From: the human T2T-CHM13v2.0 reference genome, Homo sapiens
Assembly: GCF_009914755.1 (NCBI RefSeq)
Contig: NC_060932.1
Strand: one strand, 5' to 3'
DNA: 64,000 nucleotides
The position numbers were made by a program, and so were the translations under genes. Each line of letters begins with the position of its first letter. The stretch's first letter is position 1. Under the pieces are notes generated by a model. The model did not search any database. It saw only the letters and a program-made list of their open reading frames with translations, and was not told the DNA's origin. Positions 1 to 13,919 of the stretch are shown here, piece by piece.

Positions 1-103
1 GATCTGGAAATTTGCTTTGTGTTTTTCAGGTTTCATGACAGCTGAGTTCACAGTTTTTAAATTCTTCGGAAACAATGAATAGCTCATGGAGGAAAGAAGG
101 GAA

Positions 104-160
104 TTAGCATTTATGAAGTGCTTACTACATGCCAGGCACTGTGCTAGGCATTTTATATTT
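104..160 (-). mobile_element. MIR/L2 3'-tail fragment
   Basis: gtgcttactacatgccaggcactgtgctaggcatttta resembles the shared MIR/L2 3' tail in antisense. Confidence 0.5.
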
Positions 161-1727
161 TTATGAATCCTGATTTTTTTAAATATGAGTGATTTTTTCC
201 CTCACTATTGGTTCTGGAACCTGCCTCATTTTTCTAGCACCATCAAAGTCACTTCTAAACAGTAGATGGAGCAATGGGACATTAATGTCTCCTCATTGTA
301 TCATCATTTTGACGCAAGGTGATAGCCCATAAAGTTAATAAAAATCCAGAAAAGTGTGTGATATTTGAAATGATACATATTGATATATAGCAAAATAATA
401 TATTCAATATGGAAGAGAAAAAATCACTATATAGTAGCTGATTATTTCTGAAAACATATTGCAAGTTACTTTAAGGATGCAAAAATAAAAGTACATTAAA
501 TGGTCAATAGAGAAAAAATCCTTGAACTTGAAGTGGTCAAATCAGGAGATGTGGGTTTTTTCTCCTTACATATTCAAAAAGGTTAATTATTTTCCTAGAG
601 ATTATAAATATTCCCAACTTATTATTTATATTAAAAAGGAAAAGCAAAGAGTCTGAGTTTACAATAAGCAATTATATGCATGTCTTGTTTCATAGTTATA
701 TCAATTTCTTACATTTTACCTTTCTTAATTTCAGTTACCCAGTATGATATGCTTTAGTTTTAATAGTTATTATATCATAAACACTTGATTTATTCACTGA
801 GGAAATAATTATATTAAAAGTGCACTTCACATTTCCTGATGCATTTGGATGTATGGTTTAAGTATTCAGAATCAAGAAGCTCTATTATTACTACAAAGGA
901 ATTGCCAGAGACTGGGGAAAGGGAACCCCCAAACCTAATAACCTATAGAATTTTTTTCTTCCTTCAAGCAGTATTAATTTTTTCTTCCTCCAGTCTCCCA
1001 AATCGGAAAAAAAAAAAAAAAGAGTAACCTCTAAAGCTGTTTTAGACAGAAGGTCAGAATTCAAAGGATCAGTAACTTAATCCACAGTGCACTGCAATCG
1101 CATTGCTATTGGAAAAACAACCAGAAGCACCATTATTCTAGAAGTTTTTATTAAGCAATGTCAATAGGTATACAACCTGGAGGTTTCTCTCTACTGTAAG
1201 GTTTATCTAGATTCATGCTTGCAAGCGATCAAATTGCCTTGGGTCCTTGGATTTTACTTTAGTATACTATGGTGTGAGGGTTAAAAAGTAGACTTTATGT
1301 GACATACTAAGGAAAACAATAGCTTCAGTTTGTTCAAATACTTAAAACAGAATTCCTTTCTGCAACCCAAATGTAAGTACAATTAAACATTTTGTGGTCT
1401 TTAGATACTCCTAATTAAGAGGAATGCTTGTTTTAGATGGTTTAATATTTGGGGTATTATACTGAATGTTGAAATGTGTGATTCATGTTCTTTCAAAAGA
1501 TATAAACCTGAAAAGTATCCTCTGCCTCTTTCAGGGATTCTGTTTTAATAGTATCAATGATCTGGTTTACCTGAAATACAGAGTAAAGCAAAGCCAAAGA
1601 TCTGGGATTTTTGAGTTAGTATGTTTTAAATGTGGAAGATTCTTAAAAACAACACCCTGGTTGATAGAGAGTTACAGGCTGGTGGCTTGTTTTTTTTAAT
1701 CAATACAAGGAGAAACAAATAGTTTAC

Positions 1728-1878
1728 CAAGAGGTCAGAGCGCCCGTAGAGGAGCCCTCTGCTGCACGATTATCATTGACAACCCCTGCTGAAAGATCCG
1801 CAAAGCCCCCATTAGCTTTGGCCTCTCGGGATTGCTGTTCACTTTCCTTCCTGTCTTTCCCTGAGAGGAGGATCTTCC
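1728..1878 (-). other. Candidate (probably non-coding) exon in unique sequence
   Basis: Minus strand: ~110-nt AG-free pyrimidine-rich zone ending in aagcag| (NAGNAG), donor TTG|gtaaac, 5 retained CpGs; the one open frame matches no protein I recognise. Confidence 0.3.
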
Positions 1879-2359
1879 CTGCTTGTAGAGAGTGGATGCA
1901 GGGGAGTGGGTAAGCAGAAGGTGAAGGAGGGACAGGACAAAAACAAAAGCAAAAAAAAAGAAAGAATTTGTTATTCAAAACAATGATCCAAAAACCTGCC
2001 TAAGAATCCCAGCCTTTTTAAAAGAATGACAGCCTATGACTTAAAAATTCTAAAGGAAAAAGACAATGATTTTAGATATGCAGACTTTATGCATTTTAAA
2101 TTTGCAGTATCGTCACAGTATACCTCTTTTGGGAGAAAATTGTATTTGATAAACCTAAAAATGGACACAAATACGGATGACCTAACTCACCACAAATAAA
2201 TGTATTCATGATTAATTATTGAAGACTATCAAACAGGAGGGACCACACCTTTAACCTCTGTATTTAGAATTTTCCAAAATTATGCCTATTATCAACCCAC
2301 GAATGACTTATACGTGAAAAGGAAAAAAAATTAGACATTTCACATTAAGATCTTCTTAA

Positions 2360-2673
2360 GGCCGGGCGCGGTGGCTCACCCCTGTAATCCCAGCACTTTG
2401 GGAGGTCGAGGCAGGTGGATCACAAGGTCAGGAGTTCGAGACCAGCCTGACCAACATTGTGAAACTCTGTCTCTACTAAAAATACAAAAAAAAAAAAAAA
2501 AAAATAGCTGGACGTGGTGGCATGCACCTGTAATCCCAGCTACTCAGGAGGCTGAGGCAGGAGAATTGCTTCAACCTGGGAGGCGGAGGTTGCAGTGAGC
2601 CCAGATCACGTCACTGCTCTCCAGCCTGGGCAACAGAGCGAGACTCCGTCTCAAAAAAAAAAAAAAAAAAAAA
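2360..2673 (+). mobile_element. AluS (AluSg-like), full length, expanded middle A-tract
   Basis: ggccgggcgcggtggctca start, dimeric body, poly(A) tail, flanking cttcttaa duplication. Confidence 0.95.
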
Positions 2674-3789
2674 CTTCTTAAAGCAGTATATGGCAACACT
2701 GATTTCCTATTTCATTTTTGTATATTCTTGGATTTCATGTCTATCATTATTCAAGGTTGAAATGCTATTCTTTTCCTTAAGTGTGTAGAATTATTAACAT
2801 CTCTCTATAGGCAAGGGTACTACTCACCAGATTAAAACAAATGCACCAGAGATTCAAGTGAATTCTAATTCTGGTTTCAACACGGGCTTTCTCTATGTCT
2901 TCTGTTGTCACAGTACTTATTCTCTCAATTTATAATTTATAACTAGCTAGCTATAAAATGGATGCAGTGGTACACACCTTACCAAATTGGTATGTGGATG
3001 AAAATGTTTACTGCTATGGTAAAGCTCCCATGGAGAAAAAAATAGCAACAGAAAAGTTAATTTCAAATCAATTTAATTAAATGAGTGTGGAATGAGTGCT
3101 CAAACAGGGCATAGTTTCCAGGGTTTAGCACATAGGAGGTGCTTGGTGAATGTTATTAAATTAATTAATACATGCACACAAGGCTACTTGAGGGAACATG
3201 GCCCTGGTTTGTGAAAGAAAAATGATTTCCTTGAATTTCCTTTGCTTTCATTTTCTTTTTTCTTACAGATTGTTATATTTTCCTTCCATTGAAAACTTTA
3301 AAGCTGGACTGGCTAGGGCATTATCATTATAGGAACATTAATTTTATTTTATGTACAAAAATATTTAAAATAATTTATGGGACAAAATTGAGTCCTTAAA
3401 AACTGTGCTAGGAATTTGTCATCCTGACAACAGGGAACAACCAAACTCCAAGGAAATTAAAGAATTAGAACAATTCAGTTTTAGGTTAAAAAAAAAGCCA
3501 CCATATACCGCATTCTAGCTATGTCATATTCTTCCCTAAGTATACTGTTATCTTAATACTGGTTCATATTTCCCTTTTAAATTCCTAACCAAAATAAACA
3601 GAAAAATTAATTTAAAAATTTAAAACAGTACTCAATAGGATGAAAGTATATTTAAAGAAACCCTACACGTCCTGCCTTTCAGAAATAGTTCATTGTAGGT
3701 GTGTCCACAACACCATCATTTTCAAATTTTGCACCTTTTAGGTGGTTCAGAAATCTAACCAACAAAAGTTAGTTAGCTGGTCTATCGGC

Positions 3790-3905
3790 CAGTAATCAGT
3801 CACTCAACAAATATTTATCATGCATCTAGTATGTGCCAGGTACTATGGGCATAGATGAAAAAGTAAACAAGGCAGACAGAATTCCCACACTTAAGGAAAT
3901 TATGT
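3790..3905 (-). mobile_element. L2 3' end fragment
   Basis: cactcaacaaatatttatcatgcatctagtatgtgccagg, typical L2 3' terminus in antisense. Confidence 0.6.
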
Positions 3906-4069
3906 GTCCATAGAAGTGTAAATAAATGAAAAGGTGGCTGACTGAACACATGCATTTATTTTTGCTTTCTCTAGAAATCCCCTAGAGCACCAGTAAAGGG
4001 ATTTTTTTAAGGCACAAATCCCCAAGAATGAAGAAAAGCAGGTAATAGGAAAACAGCAACACATTTTAA

Positions 4070-4375
<306 letters not shown>

Positions 4376-6199
4376 TAACAAATTTTAAAAGTGGGGGAAA
4401 AAGTCTAAACCATGCAGACCATTAGTAACTCACTTAGCAGATATGAGAAAGCTGAATCCTAAGTTGGCAGTAAGGAAAGCTGAAAAGCAATCAAAGTTAC
4501 ACCACCCAACTCCTCCCATCCCCAACATTTTAGCAATTGATGATACTAGGTACTTCTGCAAGTGGAAGTAGAAGTAAGGCTACCATAGGAGGATTGGGTA
4601 CAAGTCAGTATAAGATGCAGTAAGACCCTTTTCTCCACTCTACATAGTCGGTAAAATAAGCAGACTATGGATTGTAGGAGAAGCCCTGGGGTGTGCTGAA
4701 GAAGCATGCACCATTTTGATAACAGGCAGATTATAAAACACTCACGCTAAATGCTGGGATAACTGCCCCTGCTCTCTTCCTCCATAACTTTTCCTCATTA
4801 GGGTTCCCAGAACACTGTTAGCCAGTGATCATCCAGGAAGGAGCCTACATTGATTTCACTAAGTATTCAGACCAGCCCCAAAGGAAAGATCTAAATCACT
4901 TATACCTGGGGACCTCCTAAGGCGAGAACTCAATCTGATCACTCTAAAGTAAAAATCAAGGGCAACAAGTCATTTAACTAAAGTAAAAACCATGGGCAAC
5001 AAGTCATTAACAAAGTTAATGCCCTACTGTTAAATATAAGCCAACAATTAAGAATTATGAAGAGTCTGAGGAAAGCTTCTCGAGAAATGTAGAAACCAAA
5101 TGAAAAGCAAAGCAACTTGCAGGAAACAGAGATCAAACAAAAGCAAATGCCAGGAAAACAAAAATAAACTCCCATTAATATGAACAGAGAAATAAGAGAA
5201 GATACTGAAGCCATGAAACAAGATAAGAAAACAATAATTATTTTTTTCTTTTAAAGGAACATCTAACAACAAAAAGGAGCCCTTGGAAATAAAAAGTAAG
5301 ATAACAGGAAAATAAAACTCAATACGGGTTGAAAAATAAAACTGTTGAAATCTCCAAGAGAAGAGAGCAAGAAGAGATGGAAAATAGAGAAGTATAGAAA
5401 ATATAAGAAAATGAGAAGTTATAGTTCTGGTTTTCCAACACCCAGATAACTAGAGTTTCAGCAAGAGAGGAAGGACAATAAAGCCTAAAATTTAGACCAA
5501 TAATTCTAAGATATTTCCTAGGGCATGAGTTTTCGGATTGAAAGAGCTCAATGATTACCCAACAAAAAGAGTAAAAACAACTCACATCAATGGATATTAT
5601 TCGGAAATTTCAGAATACGAAAAAGATGGCCCCTACAAACTTCTAGAGAGAAAAAACAGCCCACATACAAAGCCTAGGTCATGACTTCAGACTTCTCAAT
5701 TAGAACATGTATTTCTAGAAAGTAGTAAAGCAATGGCCTCAAATTCCTAGATGACAAATAATTCCTAGCCTAGAATTTTATAACCTACTATACTTTGTAA
5801 GTAGGAAAATTAAATATTTAAATTAAATTTAAAACATTTTCAGACAAGTAAATTATCAAAAAGTTAACTTCCCAATCAGGTTAATTTCCCAATCCTTTCT
5901 CAGGTAGCTAACAGAGGGTGTGTTCCATTAAATTTAGGAAGCAAACCTCCTTTACAAACTAGACAATCCAAATAGGAGAAAGATGAATATAATTTCTGGT
6001 TCTTATGGAAAAGGAAATTCTAGAATGATAGCTATACCCTAGGCATGACAGTCCAGATTGGAGAAGGTCAGAAGGCTCCAGGAACACTTTCATGAAGATG
6101 AGGGAATTGATACAATAACAGATACATCTGAATATATGCAAAGGAGAGGTAAACAAATAGGGGAGAGCACAGAATTGAATTATTAAAAGGAATCATCAA

Positions 6200-8735
6200 C
6201 TTAATTCAACAATACTTCAAAAACATTATACACCATGACCAAGTGGGGGTTATCTCTAGGATTCAAGGTTGGTTTAACATTCCAAATCAATCAATATGAT
6301 ACACCACATTAACAGAATGACATTTCAAAAGCACTGATCACCTCAACAGGTGCAAGAATGACATTTAACAAAGTTCAACATTCTTTCATGGTAAAAACTC
6401 TCAATGAAATAGGTGTAGAAGGAAATTTCCTTGACATAATAAAGGCCATTTATAAAAGGTCTACAGCTAACATCATAATCGATGAAGGAAACCTAAAGGC
6501 TTTTCCTCTAAGATCTGGTACAAAGCAAGGATCCCCATTCTCACCATACCACCTCTGTTCAAAATAGTACTTGAAGTATTCACAAGAGCAGTCAGAGAAG
6601 AAAGAGAAATAGAGGGTATCAAACTTGGAAAGGAAAAAGTAAAAAGTATTTCTGTTTGCTGGTGATATGATGCTATATGTAGAAAACCCCTTAAAGGTTC
6701 CACAAAAAATGTTAGAACTAATCAATTAATTCAGTAAAGTGGTAAGATACAAAATCAACATGTAAATATCAGCTGCATTTTTATGCTAATAATAATCTAT
6801 TTGAAAAAGAAATCAAGAAAGCAATTTCATTTACAATAGCATCAAAAAGAATGAAATGCTTAGAAACAAATTTAACTAAGGAAGTAAAAGATCCGTACAT
6901 TGAAAATTATATGAAACATTGATGAAAGAAATTAAGAAGACACAAATAAATGAAAAGGTATCTTGTGTTTGTGGATTGGAGGAATTAACATTGTTAAAAT
7001 GTCAGTACTACTCAAAGCAACCTACACATTCAATGTGATTCCTGTCAAAATTGTAATGGCATTTTCTCCAGAAATAGTAAAAAACAATTCTAAAATTTAT
7101 ATAGAACCATAAAAGTCTCCAAATAGCCAAAACAATTTTGAGAAAGAAAATCAAAGTTGGAGGCATCACACGTCCTGATTTCAAACTGTATTACAAAGTT
7201 ATAATAATCAAAAGAGCATGGTACTGGCCTGAAAACAGACACATACACCAATGGAACAGGATAAAGAGTCCAGAAATAAACCCAAGCATATGTGGTCAAA
7301 TAATTTTCAACAAGACCACCAATAAGACCAATAAGGAAAGGATAGTCTCTTCAATAAATGGTGCTGGGAAAGCTGGATATCCATATGCAAAAGAACAAAA
7401 CTGAACTCTTATCTTAGACCAGACACAAAAGCAACTCCAAATGGATTAAAGATCTAAATGTAAGACTTGATACCATACAACTCTTAGAAGAAAACAGGGG
7501 AAAAACTCCTTGACTTTGGTCTTGGTGATGATTTTTTTGGAACGGACAAAAAAGGCAAAGGCAATAAAAGCAAAAATAAACAAGTGGGACTACATTAAAC
7601 TAAAGGCTCCGCACAGCAGATAAAACAATCAATAAAATGAAAAGGCAGCCTATGGATTGGGAGAAAATATTTACAAACCATATATCTGATAATTGGTTAA
7701 TATCCAAAATATAAGGAGTTCACATAACTCAATAGGAAAATAACAAAGAACCCAATCAAATAATGGGCAGAGGACCTAAATAGACATTTTTCTAAAACAG
7801 ACATACAAATGGCCAACATGTATATAAAAAGATAATCAACATCACTAATCATCGGGGAAATGCAAATCAAAACCACCATGAGATATCACCTTACACCTGT
7901 TAGGACGTCCGTTACCAAAAAGTCAGGAAATAAGAAGTGTCGATGAACGTGTGGAGAAAAGGAAACCTTTGCAGGCCATTGATGAGAATGTAATTGGTAC
8001 AGCTATTATGGAACACAGTGTGAAAGTTCCTCAGAAAATTAAAAATAGGACTGCCATACAAATAGAATTGTCGTATGACTTAGCAATCCCTTTGCTGGGT
8101 ATACAACCAAATAAAATGAAATGAAATTACCACCTTGTAGAGATATCTGCACTCCCATGTTCATTGCAGCTTTATTCACAATAGCCAAGCCATAGAAACA
8201 ACTTCAGTGTCCACTGACAGATAATGAATAAAGAAACTGTGGTATATATACACAATGGAATATAATTCAGCCTTAAAAAAAGTAATCCTGTTATTTTCAA
8301 CAACTTTGAGGAAATTATACTAAGTGAAATAAGCCAGACACAGAAAGATAACTACTGCATGATCTTATTTATATATGGAATATTTTCTTTAAAAGTCAAA
8401 TACATAGAAAGAGTATAATGTGGTTACCAGGGGCAAGGGAGGGGAGGAAACAGGGAGATGTAGGTGAAAAGTGTAGGTGAAAGCTTGTAATTCTATAGGA
8501 TGAACAAGTCTAGACATCTAGTGTATAACTTGAATACTAAAGTTAATTATACCGCATTGTATACTGAAAATTTGCAGAGTACATTTTAGATACTCTACTA
8601 CAAAACAAACAAAAAGTAACTACAGAAGATGATGAATAGGTTAATTTGTTTGACTACAGCAATAATTTCACTATATATGTGCATATCAAAATATCATATT
8701 GTACATCTTAAATATATATATATAATTTTTTAAAA
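6200..8735 (+). mobile_element. 5'-truncated L1MA (L1MA8-like): ORF2 3' half plus 3'UTR
   Basis: ORF fragments 6358-6567 ([12 protein letters not shown]) and 7138-7404 ([12 protein letters not shown]) are L1 ORF2; L1MA-type 3'UTR ending gtacatcttaaatatat. Confidence 0.9.
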
Positions 8736-9085
8736 TGGGAATACTACCTCATGCTAGATAGAAGAGCTTACATATAGGTGGAGTAATATAAATGCCAAAC
8801 ATTGATCCAACAAAAATCAGGATCAACAAAAAATCGACAAAAATCCTGGAAGAATGGCAGGACTGGCAGTATTTGTGTGTGAATGTGTTGGGGGTGGGAG
8901 TGAGATGAAAGAAACAAATCCTCAAGGAAACAATTCCATGGTGACAAGTCAACAAATAACATCTAAAACATGAAAGATCAATAAAGAACAGCATAACAAA
9001 AATTCAGCTGAAAAGTGAGGAGCGTTTTTCTCTGGGTAGGGGAAAGCAAGATGAGAGGAAGACAGGAGTCTCCCCTCTACATAAC

Positions 9086-9382
9086 TTTTTTTTCTTTTTG
9101 AGACAGAGTTTTGTTCTTGTTGTCCAGGCTGGACTATAGTGGCGTGATCTCGGCTCACTGCAACTTCTGCCTCCTGGGTTCAAGCGATTCTCCTGGCTCA
9201 GCCTCCCAAGTACCAGGGGTTACAGACGCCTGCCACCATGCCCAGATAATTTTTGTATTTTTAGTAGAGACAGGGTTTCACCATCTTGGCCAGGCTGGTC
9301 TCGAACTCCTGACCTCAGGTGATCCACCTGCCTCTGCCTCCCATCGTGCTGGGATTACAGGTGTGAGCCACCACACCTGGAC
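9086..9382 (-). mobile_element. AluS (AluSq-like)
   Basis: Antisense Alu with gagttttgttcttgttgtccagg and tcaggtgatccacc. Confidence 0.92.
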
Positions 9383-9559
9383 AACAATTTTTATAGAACT
9401 GAGTTTTAAATTATGCACATATAATTTTGATTAAAATGAAAATATAAAAGTAGACAGTTTTCTGCTCCTATGTATGGTGCATGTGTATAAATTATTGACA
9501 AATAGTTAAAAATCAAATGCAGGTAAAATTTGGCAGACAGGGCTGTGTACGAAGCAGTG

Positions 9560-10185
9560 AGTGCTATTATAGTTAGCCAAAGAGGGCCCCTTGAAGGGGG
9601 TGTCATTTGAGTTAAGACGTAAACAATGAAAAGGTAATATACTTGTAAAAACTGGGGTGAGGAGGGAGTGGTCTACACAAAAGGAACAGCAAGTTCAAAG
9701 GGAGAAAGCTTAGCAAGTAGGAGGGAAGAAAGAAATGCGGATAAAAGTGAACAAGAAAGAAAGAACAGGGCCAGGGCTGGGTGTAGGGCATGGGACATTG
9801 CTGGCCAGATAAAGAGTGGGATTTTATTCTGGTTGTAATGAGATGTTACTAAAGGTGGCTTTTGTTTGTTTGCTTTCTTTAGTTTTTGAGCACAAAAGTG
9901 ACATGATCTGATTTATGTGTAAGGAAGGCCGCTGTGTGGAGGATGAACTATAGGAGAGCAAAATAGAGGCAGGAAGGCAAATTAGAGGGTTATTGTAGTA
10001 GTCCAGGTGAAAGGAGTGTAATCTGACCAGGGTTTTCTCTGGGCAACTGATGATATGTGGTCAGATTTAGGGTATATTTGGAATTAGAGTCAATAGGAGT
10101 TGTAAATTGAATGTGGGTTTCAGGCAAAGAAAGAAACTAAGGATGACTGCAGTCTCTCCGCGTAAACAAGAAACACCAGTGATTT
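9560..10185 (-). mobile_element. L2 fragment
   Basis: Antisense L2 motifs gtgacatgatctgatttatg, gtagtccaggtga, aaggatgact. Confidence 0.75.
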
Positions 10186-10509
10186 GACTGTCATCTCCAT
10201 TCTTCTTTCTGCTTTCTTGCTCATACAAGAACATGACATAAATCCAAAAAGCCGGAACAATCAAAATCTGAACATTAACTGCAAGTTAACTAGTTTTCAT
10301 CACTATCTTGTCAAACTAGCCGAAGCTCCCGCTGCCCTGCCCAGGCTCCCTCCGCAGAAGCCTCCGTTCTGTCATTTCCGTATGCTATGCTCACTCTTGT
10401 CTCTGTGTATATGCTCACATGTCTCCGTACTCACCAGCCTGATATAAACATCCTTATCTCTCTTGTCTACTTAATCAACCTCTTACCCATCACTGTCTTC
10501 TGTCTTATT

Positions 10510-10912
10510 ATGGTAGATTGTTACTTTGGTGACCCCCAATGAACCATACCTCCTCAAATTCTGGGTTTGGCAAATAAGACATTAACAAGGAGGAAGCAAG
10601 CAGATACTAAATGGTGCATGCATACTGGAGGTTTTCTTCCAGGAACAGACATTTTAGATCCAGGCACCATGAAAGAAGCCCAAGCTATCTATGTGGTGGA
10701 AGAGAAGTCGCAGCCTACCAGCCATCCCACCAAGGTACCAGATATGAAAGTGAAGCCATATTGGACATTCTAGCCCCAGCCACCATTTGACAGAAATTGG
10801 GAGAGACCCCAAGCAATACCAGCAGAAGGGCCATCCATCTGGGCTCAGCCAATCCACAGAATCATGAACAAATAAAATGGTGGGGTGTAATGTAGCGGTA
10901 CCTAATAAAAAT
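10510..10912 (+). mobile_element. MLT1 (MLT1H-like) MaLR solo LTR
   Basis: gaagcccaagcta, gtgaagccatattggacattctagccccagc, gagagaccccaag, cacagaatcatga...aataaa. Confidence 0.7.
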
Positions 10913-11019
10913 ATCCATCATTACATTGAAGTCACTCTTGCAAATGATTGCAATCGCAAGGATATTATCAAAACCAATGGACACATTTCTGCCTTTATCT
11001 TAATTGTCTTAATTACAGC

Positions 11020-11290
11020 ATTTTTATTGTGATAAAATGTATATAACATAAAATTTACCATTTTACACATTTTTAAGCATGCAGCTCTGTGTCATGAAAT
11101 ACACTCACATTGTTGTGCATCACCATCATTCATCCACATAATTTTTTCATCTTCTCAAACTTAAACTTTGTACCCATTAAATACTACCTCCCAATTTCTG
11201 CCTCTACCCAGCCCCTGGTAACTACCATTCTACTTTCTGTCTTTGTGAATTTGACTTTGCTAGGTACCTCACATCAATGGAATCATGTTA
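11020..11290 (-). mobile_element. L1MB 3'UTR fragment, inserted in an L2 remnant
   Basis: aacataaaatttaccatttt...gcccctggtaactaccattctactttctgtct, an antisense L1MB 3' end. Confidence 0.8.
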
Positions 11291-11570
11291 TAAGTGTAGC
11301 ATTGTAGTATCATCTTAACTGTTTCATCTGACATTGCTGTACATTCCCTCTTTGAAATGTTCTCCCTGTAAGGTCTTGTCACAAAACCACCTTTTGCCTC
11401 ATTTTTTTATTCTTCCATCTTGGTCTCTTTTTAGGGTTGTTCTTGACCTACTGACTCAGCTTCCTCTGAAACACCAGGCTCTCTCCAACATCTTCTCCCA
11501 TGTGATCTCATTCCCATACATGCTTCAATAACCACAGAGATGCAGGTGGTAACCAAAGCCCCATCTCTAA

Positions 11571-13085
11571 TATAACAAAGCTAAATTTTAAAATTTGAAC
11601 TATACCCTGATGTATTTTCTTTTCTCAGCAATTATGATCCATCCCCCCTCCCACCCCCAGTCTTCCTGCCATTAAGATTAGGCTTGCAGGGAGGCTAAGG
11701 AAGATATTAATAGAAGATATGATGTAAGGGAAGACCCTTTAAGATAAGAAGGGGAAGAGAAGTACCTTCTAGTTGTAGGCACTGATTGCTAGAAATGGAA
11801 ACTCATGCACTGTTTAAGGCGGGGTAGGCTTAAGAAGTGGTAACCATAAGAATGGTGACCAAGCCTAAATCATGAATTCAGGTTTGAACCTCTTTAGAAT
11901 GTAGAATATATAAACCAAAATTAAACTGTCAGTAATAAAAAACCAGTAATCTTGCCTAGTATGAGGTGATATTTTCTTGGGATCTGATCAGATTGTGATA
12001 ACCCCAGGAATATACAGTAACAAGGTTTTAAAAAATAAGGAAGTATATATGGGTTATACTTCACAATAACATGTAAGATGTAAAGAAATGAAGACACCAG
12101 AAAACTTTATTATTTATAATTTAAGGTTTGAAGATATGTGAGGTAATATATTTTATAATCATTGGATTGCCTTGTATATTCTTGGTCAACCTTTTAGGAT
12201 ATTCGAAACCTTTACTACATCCTAAAGTCATAGACATAATCACAATTTCAAATGGCTAAAAAAATTTGGTTAAGTGATGCTAATGTTTAAAGAAGACTCA
12301 ATCCATTAAACTTATGTGTTAAATAAAATACTTAAAGAAGTGAATGAAATTTTTATTTTGTAAAAAATAACCAGATGTAGAAGTAAAATAAATTCTGTAA
12401 ATTGACTTTTAGCTTCGGAATGAACATGTGTTTATCAAAGCACAAGTGAATGGGGGAATTCCTTTCTATACGTAAAAGGCCTCCTCAAGCATGAAAATCT
12501 CACCTACTACAGTAGAGAGAAGAATGCCTAGGTCTTCAGTGGGTACATGAAAGTGCAGAGAAACCTGACAAACTAAGTGGAGGCTCTATGTGAGGATGAG
12601 GAGGCCACAAATGGATCACTCGAGCCTCGAGGCTACCGTGCAGACCAAGGACCTGAACAGTAGGGTCCACTATGATGCTGGACAAGACCATAGAGGACCA
12701 GCCACACCTGTACATACTCCTACCCAGGTTTCATAGTGATTTAGCTGGATGAATACATCTCTACAGGGGCCACAGAGAACACCCAGCACAGCACAGGCAC
12801 TAAGGCCAGGATGATACACTCATGAGCCCCTGGGGACTTCAATTACCCCAGGGAGAGGGATGAGCAAAGGTACACTGGAGAAGTCAGAACCATCAGGACT
12901 GAAATCCTGAAAGGACCACCTGTGTGCCTGAAGAGATTATATTTCTTGAAATAGGCATATTTGAGGGGTTTTGTTGTTGTTAGTTTTTGTTTTGCTACAG
13001 TGTGCCTGGAAGCAAGAAGAAATAGGATGTGAAAAATAAAGTTACCCTCATTTCACACCTGAATTGTACATGAATTGTGATAGCA
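11571..13085 (+). mobile_element. Possible ancient LTR (LTR78/MamGypLTR-like), family uncertain
   Basis: ~1.5-kb block interrupting an L2; ends aataaagttacc...gatagca (poly(A) signal then CA terminus). Confidence 0.3.
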
Positions 13086-13246
13086 ATATTTTAACAGACA
13101 ACTTCTTCTGTGCCCAAAACTCAATCTGCCCTCAACACTGTACCCACACTACCAGACCGTCTTTATAAATGTCAAGCTCATCATATCTCTCACTTTAAAC
13201 TCCTTCATAGATTTTAGGTGAAGTTCAAAATCCTCAATTTATCCAG

Positions 13247-13915
13247 TGTACAGAGCACCCTTGGCATAAGCAACTCCATCTTAGAAAAATTCCTTCTCAC
13301 ATTTCAAAAAGCATCATGCTAACAGGAGCCAGATGTTGGCCTAATCAATAGAGACTGCTCCCAACCAGATAGGGATGTATCAGTCCTCACTCTATAAAAA
13401 GAGCAGGATTTCATCATCTTGAGATGGCTGTCTTGACACACACTGTCCTGCTGTCACTCAGGATCAGCACCCGGCACCTGCCGCTGAAGGTTCTGCCCAA
13501 ATCACAGACTCTTCTTGCACGATGTTGACATCCCTCAGGATCAGTCCAGTATATTCTCCTTGCCCACTTCTCTCTCCTTGGATTGGTTCAATAGCCTCTT
13601 TTTTCTGTCCCCTTTCCTCTTGATGTTAAATGTCACTTTTTTGTGGAACATGTGATCTATAACATTTATGTATTAACTAAATATACTATTATGCATGGTT
13701 TGCAATATTGACTGACTTGTGGATTGGCTTGAACCTATGTGCCCACGGCTCTTGCTACCAGGTGAATGGGCAGTACTGAGGAGAATTGCCTCCTTGGGAA
13801 CTCCACGTAGCTCATAGTTTTTATGACTGAAATAGCATCAATAGAAGTCTGATGTTGTGGGAAAACACAAATGTTCATGGACCTGGGTATGTCTGACTTT
13901 CCACCACGCATGCCA
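13247..13915 (+). mobile_element. ERVL solo LTR (MER54/MER73-like)
   Basis: TG...CA termini, 5-bp TSD tccag/tctag, motifs gcaatattgactgacttgtgga and gagaattgcctccttgggaactcc. Confidence 0.65.
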
Positions 13916-13919
13916 TCTA

